Shown piece after piece: positions 9,148 to 16,468 of a DNA stretch of 16,468 nt (positions within the stretch are counted from its first letter, which is position 1; the number at the start of each line of letters is the position of its first letter). The notes beneath the pieces were generated by a model. It had not been told where the DNA came from, did no database searches, and saw nothing but the letters and a program-made list of their open reading frames with translations. The stretch lies in assembly GCF_022458985.1 (NCBI RefSeq), contig NC_061789.1, forward strand, positions 11,607,707 to 11,624,174, written 5' to 3'. Position numbers and translations under genes: made by a program. Origin of the DNA: Mugil cephalus. Its lineage: Eukaryota.

Positions 9148-9447
9148 ATGGACCTGGACCCGGCCGTCATCATCCCCGCCATCCTCTTCACCGTTGTTGC
9201 CATTTATTTCGCTTCATCGCTCCTCAGCAAGAAGCCCGACGCCTCCTCCTCCTCCTCCTCCTCCTCAGCCGGGAACAAGAAGCCCAAAGTCAGCCACGGA
9301 GACGACACCCCTCCGTCCAGAGCTCTCGGAGAGTCGGTCCGAGTCGAGCGTGCGGCCGCCCCGGAACCAGAGCCTCCAGCCCCGGCTGTGATAGAGGACA
9401 TCGGAGCCGCGGAGAAGATCCAGGACGTCCCGTACTCAAAAGTTCAG
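9148..9447 (+). CDS. First coding exon (100 codons) of a single-pass membrane protein, possibly the mxra7 orthologue: [100 protein letters not shown]; donor CAG|GTAAGA at 9448
   Basis: It is ORF 9148..9495(+), truncated at a strong GTAAGA donor. The ATG is in Kozak context (atcATGg). The N-terminal hydrophobic helix (AVIIPAILFTVVAIYFASSLL) is followed by KK and a low-complexity Ser/Pro/Glu/Ala-rich region, and codon usage is GC3-rich like the jmjd6 exons. The mxra7 assignment rests on architecture (human MXRA7 has an N-terminal TM followed by a Pro/Ala/Glu-rich region) and on synteny with human 17q25. There is no convincing primary-sequence match, and downstream exons were not found in the window. 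Confidence 0.6.
9244..9267 (+). repeat. (TCC)n trinucleotide microsatellite inside the coding exon, encoding Ser8
   Basis: The run gcc tcc tcc tcc tcc tcc tcc tcc tca gcc is read in frame as [10 protein letters not shown]. Confidence 0.9.
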
Positions 9448-12400
9448 GTAAGATCAAATTCTGATCGATCTGATTTAGAAATCTTTGAAATATAAAATAT
9501 ACAAAATTTTAATTATTTAATTTTTTACTCCACGTGATAAAATAAAAAAAAGAAATGTATCAATCTCAGTTTACGCAAAAAATAAATAGACATAAACACA
9601 TTAATAATAATAATGTAACTAAGTAATTAAACAAGTCTCATCCATTATGAACGTAATATCAACTGTGTCCCTATTTAAAAACGTATATATTTAAATAAAC
9701 GTGTTGACAGATTTGCTGAAAAGTATTAGTCTGGATATTAATTAGGAGGGAAAAATAAACTCCCCAAAAAACAGAAAACACAAGTAGAAGATTCTTGTTT
9801 TTCTCTGCTGTCAGAGGAGCTGGTGATCACAGCTAATAAACAGATAAGTGGCAGATTGAACAGTTGTGTGGGACATTATTCGGGGACGTGACACTGGCTG
9901 CTGTTGATCCAGTCTGACTGATTATTAGAGCTGCTGGGTCACTGTGTTTCCAGCTTAGAGCTCTAGTCCTGCTGCTTCCTCTTCTGCCATCTGTTTAATT
10001 GTATTTATCAGGACTCCCTGCTTGAAGCTCAGACAGCTGTCACGTTTATTATTTTGTGTTTGAAGTTAATCTTCATGATCATTATCACATCATCATTGGG
10101 CTTCACCCACAGGGACATTTTACTATCTGCTGATTTAAAGTTTAATGGGTCAGAAACTGTTCTGTGGTTTAGTTGTAGTTCTGGTTTTCTCCCCTAGGTG
10201 GTGATCATTTTCGTTGTACATGTAGCTGCAATGTTTCCTACAAGACTTCATGAAACCCTGACGTTTTTTTTTTTTCTTTTTGGAGTGGGGCTAGTGAATT
10301 ATGATGCTCTCCTAACTATTAAAAGCTATTTATAAAGTATATGACATATAGAAAAAGTTTTGTATCAGTCCGTCTTTAAATTACCGTAATAACGGGAATA
10401 TTGGGTTTAGTGACGAATAGCAGCAGTATGAACAGTTTATGTACATGTTGCATCCCCTGGGCAAATGTAGGTAAAATGAAATAAAGTATCAGTGAATAAA
10501 TCTAATTTATAATAAACAACTCAACTTTCAATCTAACTTTGCTAGCTAGCGCTTAGAAAGTTAAGATACTTAACGTTACGTCTGGAGTTGTTTCCTTCGG
10601 GGTTTTGACCAACTAACCAAAATGGACCAAAATAACTGTAACTCGCCATGGTCTAAACATCAAGATCTGAACATCTGGTTTTAAAAAGTGGCAGTAACGT
10701 AAATTTTAGTTAGTGAAAAACACAAATAGCTAGTTGGCCGTGTCATTTCCTCCATTGAAAATGTATCAATTATTAGCTGTGGATGAGGCCTATAGAGGAG
10801 ATTTAAGACTTGAAGATTGTGTCGTCATTTTGTAACGCATAAATACATGTTGCTTTTTAACCTGTCCCATTATGGATTAAGGACGTTGCTTTAAATATGA
10901 GTTTCACATATTTGACTGATTTGCATGTGCACACAGCGAAAGGCCTTAATTGGAAATCCTAATTATCTACACAAGGATGGACGCAGTTAGCCATTCAGCT
11001 CCATCTTTCAGACGTTTTTCCACTTTGAGCGGAGACCTTTAAAAAGGCCTGAAGAATGTGCAAACCGTTGCTGTAACATGCAACAGACTTACTGTCTATA
11101 TTTGGAGCCAAACATGAATCCTATAATTACTCCTATGTGTCACATGTCAGAAATGGACTCTGCTGCTATAGTGAGAGGTGGAGGTGGGCGTGGCTTCTTG
11201 ACCCTGTTACGTGTGGCATGAAAAGTGGCGTCCGACAACAAACTTAACATGTTTTCTTGAACACTATAAAAGGTTGTGTTGTAATTCCCAGTTTGACCTA
11301 TTGGCGCCAGTATTGCGTCTCGTTGTTTGTTTTATTCTTATGGTAATATTATGGTGCAGTGTCTGGGTGTTAGGTTTTGTGCAGAACATCCTGTGAAAAT
11401 GTTGTTGCCATCTCCCAGCATTTTTCAGTTTTCTATGATAATAACCCACATTTTATTTTTGCTATTAACTTCCATTTAATAAACAAAGTGATTAAATTAG
11501 TGGCTCAAACACTGTTAATGACCGCTCGTGGTCCAGACATGAAGCAGCCATTTCTTTTATGTGCTGTAAACACATCATGAACACAGATCTTGTCTCAGTG
11601 TCACTGAGCTGCAAACTCTTCTCAGCCACGCCCTCCCGCTCCTCTGATAACGTTATCCTGCACACTGAGGCCTTCTCTGTTGACTCCTCTGCTGTCTGAC
11701 ATGCAGCTGCCGCAGTGCATCATGGTATATCTTACAGTTGTCTTTGTGTAAACGTGCACATAAAGGCTGTCACTGTGTTTGTGGCCCAGAGCAACTGAGA
11801 CACAGCGGGTCTTGTTGTTTAGGCCTCAGAGTGTGTGGGAGTCCAAACGGCGAAGTCAAAATATGAATGAAATTTTTTTGTATTTCTTGGTGTTTTATTT
11901 ATTTAAAAGATTAAGTGAGAAACTCAAAGGTGGCAAATACATTTTTACAGAAGTATTACCAAGCATTACCAAGCGTTCAACCTACTGTAGATACAAATGT
12001 ATGTTTCTGCCATTTTAGGTAGTTAATATAATGCTGATGAGATGTTCCAGAATCAATTTTTCTGGGAAGTTTCATTTTATTTTATTTGGCGCTATAAAAA
12101 ATGGATGTGACATCACAATGATTGACAGCTGTCATCGAAACGGCTTTTTGAAACAGTCCCATGGGAGAAAAAAAAACAAACAAATGATATGTGTAGTATT
12201 TTCATAACTGGTGGAGGTAGAGCAGCGAGCAATGTTAACCAATTGCAAACCCCAGTCTAAAGCAAGTCCAATGGAAGTAAGGGTGGGTCGTCAATAACGT
12301 GGCTCCACTCTTGGACAGTACTCTGGCTCCGAACTCTCAAAATGGCTCCATCCATATCCCCAAGATTTTTTAAGTAATTTTTGGCCAATGGGAAGAAGTG

Positions 12401-12599
12401 GGGACGTGTTGTCCATTTTTTGTACAGTCCATGGCTTCACCCAAGTTGGATCCACTAAAATTAACTGCCACCAGCCACCAGGTGGCGCTCCACATGCTTT
12501 GGCTTCACTTTTACGGAGACGTCTCAGCGTCCACTTTTCTTTTTACAGTTTTTACAGACATGGGAAGTCGTGAACACGACTTGTGAAATTTCTAGTCAC

Positions 12600-12960
12600 A
12601 AGGTTATGAGTCCATTAGCAGATTATCATGACCACCAACCTGTTTTCTTTCTCCTTTTCTTTGGCTCAAATTCAACCTGGAGCCTATTAGCTTTACCCTC
12701 AGTCTATTAACTTAAACCTGCATTTGTTTACTCAGGGTCAGAAGAGAGCAGTTAGATTAAGCTTCAGTTTAGTTGATCTAGCTTTTCTGTCTCTTGACAC
12801 AGTAAAATTTTCTTGTGCCCATTAGCTGTAGTGTAGTCCATTAGCAAGATGACATGACCTGGGGTCTGTTACCTTTATCTTTAGTTTGTCAGCACATACC
12901 ATGACCTAGGACTTAGTAGCTTTAGGCTTAGTCCATTAGCTTAATATCAACATAATGTCA
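12600..12960. repeat. Degenerate tandem repeat / minisatellite-like block with recurring motifs (t/c)ccattagc and catgacc
   Basis: The motif ccattagc (or cctattagc) recurs at about 12612, 12685, 12818, 12837 and 12933. The motif catgacc recurs at about 12628, 12853 and 12898. Spacing is roughly 75-110 bp. Confidence 0.6.
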
Positions 12961-15165
12961 TATGGAAACTGCCTGTTAAGATGTAGAAAATCTCACTCTG
13001 TGACATTGGCATGTTTAAAAAGGCTAAAAGAGATAAAGCAGCCTTTTAGACTCAATGCAATAAAATGTTTAATTCTAAGCAGGGTTTATGGAGATGTGAA
13101 TGTTTATTGCATGAAATTAAAAAGATTAATTTTTAATACATGCAAATGGGTTAAAACAAAAACGTCTGGCTTTTTAGATCTCTATGCAAAAAGGGAATAC
13201 ATGTTCCACTAACATTTCCTCTCCCTCCTCATTCTTTGAAAATTACTAACGTTCTTGCTGGTGGCGATGCAGCGCTCCATTTATGGAGATGTGAATGTTC
13301 TCGCACGAGGGCTGGTTAGAAGGAGCTCTTCTGAGTTCAGCGCAGAGGAAGAGTTAGTTACAGTTTATCATGTTATGCATCTCAGACAAACAGACAGTCA
13401 CAATTTCTCAGAGAACATGATGGGTCAGTCAGAACCAAAACATAAAACAACTGTTCCGTTTCATCATTTGTTTTTATAGTGTTCCCAAATGTGTTTATCT
13501 TACTACTCTAGGGTTTGGCATTTGCAATAATGGGCCATAGATTTGATTTTAGACCAAATAACATTTCTATGCTCCACCCAACGTCCCACCTCAAAGAGTT
13601 TATTTGTTGAAAGTCCAGAATTAATTTGTGTGGACGTCCATTTGTGATGATTATTTTATTTATTTCGTCCTAATTACAATTGCTTTAATCTTATATTGTT
13701 TTAATGCTGAAATTTCACCCTTTCCAAAATGATTGTCTTTGTTTTTTCATTCATCACCTTTTTGAATTCATCATAACTTTCTTCAAAAAGCCCTGAAACA
13801 GTATAAGAATTGTGGATTATGTTCTGTTTTTGACCATGTCCATCAAGGTGTTTTTTTTGTTGTCTATGAATTAACTTTGTCATAGCAACATCTTTGTTTC
13901 CTGTGATTGTGATGTATCCCACTATTCAGCTGTCACCAGAGGACTGAACAGCACAGAGTCATGGAACCACTGAGCAGTTTTCTCGCCTGTTGTCTGACAT
14001 ACCTCTGCTGGTATTTCCCCCTGGCCTGGCCCTGTTCCTGCCTCTCCTCCTCCCTCTTAAGCCTGCTCTGCTCTGGCTCCTCTGCCTTATGGAGCTCTTG
14101 GCCGGGCATCAAATGCAGGAGAAAACAACGGTTTTATATTAGAGCAAAATTCCTCCTGTGTGGTGATTTCAGAGAGTTTGGCACCATCGCCACCACTAAA
14201 ACACCCTGTCCTGCTTCTAGCTCACAGCTGAGGGTATAATATTATTTGAAATCCTGTGCATAAGAAAGACAGTTTACAGTGACGCTAACAGTGTCTGTGC
14301 TGACTTAAAATAGCAGCTGTTAGTTTGTGGCATAACCCAATTTGAGATAAAGTAATGAGGAGAGAGATAAGATAGTCGAGCATTAATACCTGTGGACGTT
14401 TCCCTGCAGAGAAGAAAGCATCTGTTTTATAAATGGAGGTGACGTCAGAGAGCTGAAGTGGAGATAAGGCAGAGAGCAGGCCGGACAAAGAGCCTGTGTT
14501 TAGACAGCGAAACAAGACAGAGATTCAAAATCTTGACCACAATTACAGTTTCATCCCAGAAGTTCAGACATGTCTCCATTTACCAGAGCTGAATACCACT
14601 GGAGCTTAAATCATGGGAGGTGTTGTGATGGAGAAAAACTAAAAAATTACTTTGGTTTACGCTTAAAATCAACAGTCAGTTATATTAATCAGTCTGAAAT
14701 GGGTGACCCACAATCATTTTAAAGTCCAATGTTTTGTTGACCCATCCATCCAGCCCAGCCTCCTCCTGATGGCTTCCTCTTTCATTCCCATCGTAATAAC
14801 TGCAGAATCACCAGCCTCTTGAAACTCCTCACCCAAATAAATAAAAATAAATAAATAGCTATTCATTATAATTCTTTGTCGCGCCAACCACCCATTGGTT
14901 CATTTTTAGTCTAAATAAAGACATGAAGATGGGCGCCTCCAAACTTCCTCCTTAGTGTTTGCTCAGGTAGGTCACTGAATTCCCCACATGCCAGCAGATC
15001 TTATTGCCTCCTTCTGCGCCTGTTAAACAACTAAAATGGATTTTATGAGTGAAGCACACAGTGTAATGTTACAGATTAGGATATATTTACCAGGAAGAGA
15101 TCTCAGAGGTTGTGAAGACAGCAATAACTCAGACTAATCCAGTGTGCTAGAGCTCATTTTAGTGC

Positions 15166-15183
15166 TTTTTTTTTTTTTTTTTT
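15166..15183. repeat. poly(T) homopolymer (18 nt)
   Basis: Seen directly (gcttttttttttttttttttttactttg). It could be the A-tail of a minus-orientation retroposed element, but no recognisable SINE body is evident. Confidence 0.8.
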
Positions 15184-15959
15184 ACTTTGATTTTGTGGTT
15201 TAGTATTGTGATTACTAATATACTATCCTGGGACCAATTAGCATTAACCTCGGTCCATTTACATGATGTCAGCAGAAATTAACTTCACTCGTTTCCTCTA
15301 GTGTTGCTTGGTTCAATCATTCCCTGAAGCAGGAAAATGATTGTTGCTTGAACGCTGCACACAATGATCTCATCACTCACCCAACAAACTATTTGTCCAA
15401 TTTTGGCCAGCAGTAGGCACTGGGTCTAAGTTTCATCTAAGAATTCAGTTATTGTTCTGCTGACTCACAAATGATTTCATGACCCTGCATTTAGCAGCGT
15501 TACGCTGAGCACTCTGTTTAAACAAGCTGGCTCTTTGGTGAGGAGAATATTTGGTGTTTCATAGCTCAGGAATTCAGAGGCAGAGGAAGCGACCTGGTTT
15601 CCAACTGAAGGGATGCCATTCCAGGGTGAGGGTGTGTCCGAGGGCTGCTGTGGGATTTAGATGCCGACAAGGCACGCAGCAGATTGGTTTAATAGAATCG
15701 GGCTTGATGCATGTCATTGTCCGACCTCTGATGATGCCACCAGTTGTCACTGTGCTGAGTCACCAGCAACAGGACCTGTCAGAGTCGAGGCTGGTTTGGT
15801 ATGTCCTCTCTGGACCAGAAAAGACATTCATTATGAGCCTGTTTTCTGAAATAGCTGCTTCCTGTTTCTCAAGATCGTTAAAGATTATTTTAACAAAAAA
15901 CCACAATCAAGCTAATCACCACACATGACTTAGAAACTAAAGTAATGTGACATCCAAAA

Positions 15960-16300
15960 CGAACTTCTTTTGAAACCTAAAAGCCCCCGCTACACTCTAA
16001 TTAGAAATAGAGGCTAATTAGGTAAGCTAAGCTAAGTAATTTCACTATTTTGCATGCAAAGGCGAGAATAAATAACATGTTTTTAACACTGATTTGACAG
16101 ACTGTATTCAAACTAAGAGGACCTAGAAGCTAAAAGACAGAGAAGCAAAAACCAAGTAAGTAGATCATAACACTAAATGTCAGCACTGTTGGATGTCAAA
16201 ACTAAATCTTACCTTAATGAACGTAAAAGCTAACTGGACCTAGACGTAGAGTCCAAATATGTGGCAAACCAGATTCAGCTAACTTTAAACTAACAGAGCT
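15960..16300. repeat. Low-complexity A-rich degenerate repeats (aactaa / agctaa / gacctaga motifs)
   Basis: Recurring motifs are gctaagctaagtaa, ggacctagaagctaaaag (16120), ggacctagacgtagag (16237) and repeated aactaaa / taaaagctaa. Confidence 0.5.
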
Positions 16301-16468
16301 AAATAGTTGAGTGGGAACAACAATGAAGAAACAAGATAATCCTTTAGTTGTTTTCATGATTAATTAATAAAAGACAAATTGTGGTAGATTATTTATGTAA
16401 ATACTTTCACAGCCATTCTGCTTCAAAGTGTTTTTGTTGTGTTGCCGCTGCTGTGAGTGGAGCCATGT

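Noticed and set aside
9026-9464. ORFs 9026..9391(+), 9126..9464(+) and 9204..9401(-) overlapping the mxra7-like exon
   Set aside because: They are alternative frames of a GC-rich low-complexity exon (poly-Pro, poly-Leu and poly-Glu products of the CCT/TCC repeat). The 9148 frame has the Kozak ATG, the TM helix and an exact end at a GTAAGA donor.
10190-10330. Strong-looking acceptor (ggttttctcccctag|GTGGTG) followed by a hydrophobic ORF (VVIIFVVHVAAMFPTRLHETL...)
   Set aside because: I considered it as a second exon of the mxra7-like gene. The product has no similarity to the MXRA7 C-terminus, it runs into a poly-T tract, and there is no supporting donor. It is likely intronic.
15551-15928. 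ORFs 15551..15928(+, TTG start) and 15661..15849(+)
   Set aside because: They show no homology recognisable by eye and start at a non-ATG codon or sit in poor context. The slightly GC-richer patch might be a distant exon of an unknown gene, but nothing supports a call.

Overview
This window reads as vertebrate, most likely teleost fish, nuclear DNA, with spliced genes whose GC-rich, GC3-biased exons are separated by AT-rich introns. It is not prokaryotic. Three protein-coding loci can be supported.

1. A complete jmjd6 gene (JmjC arginine demethylase / lysyl hydroxylase, the former phosphatidylserine receptor) lies on the + strand. It has 6 coding exons, giving 1212 nt and 403 aa, with all splice sites canonical GT..AG and phases consistent.

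2. The 5' part of mettl23 (class I methyltransferase, family 16) lies on the - strand, head-to-head with jmjd6. The two start codons are about 590 bp apart across a shared promoter with three CCAAT boxes and two GC boxes. Human METTL23 and JMJD6 are arranged the same way. Its 3' terminal exon or exons are not resolved.

3. About 3 kb downstream of the jmjd6 stop, the first coding exon of a third + strand gene is present (100 codons; N-terminal TM helix followed by a poly-Ser and Pro/Glu/Ala-rich segment). By position after jmjd6 and by architecture it is possibly an mxra7 orthologue.

The remaining sequence, about 9.5-16.5 kb, is AT-rich intron or intergenic DNA with microsatellites, homopolymer runs, degenerate tandem repeats and a short exact duplication. 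Most entries in the supplied six-frame ORF track are alternative-frame or antisense shadows of the real exons. The track also starts some ORFs at TTG or GTG. I find no CRISPR array, operon or prokaryotic system. The items worth a second look are ordinary eukaryotic ones: the unresolved 3' end of mettl23, a G-tract-rich 3' UTR, a CpG-dense segment with a perfect hairpin, and repeated motifs in the jmjd6 leader and the downstream gene's promoter.
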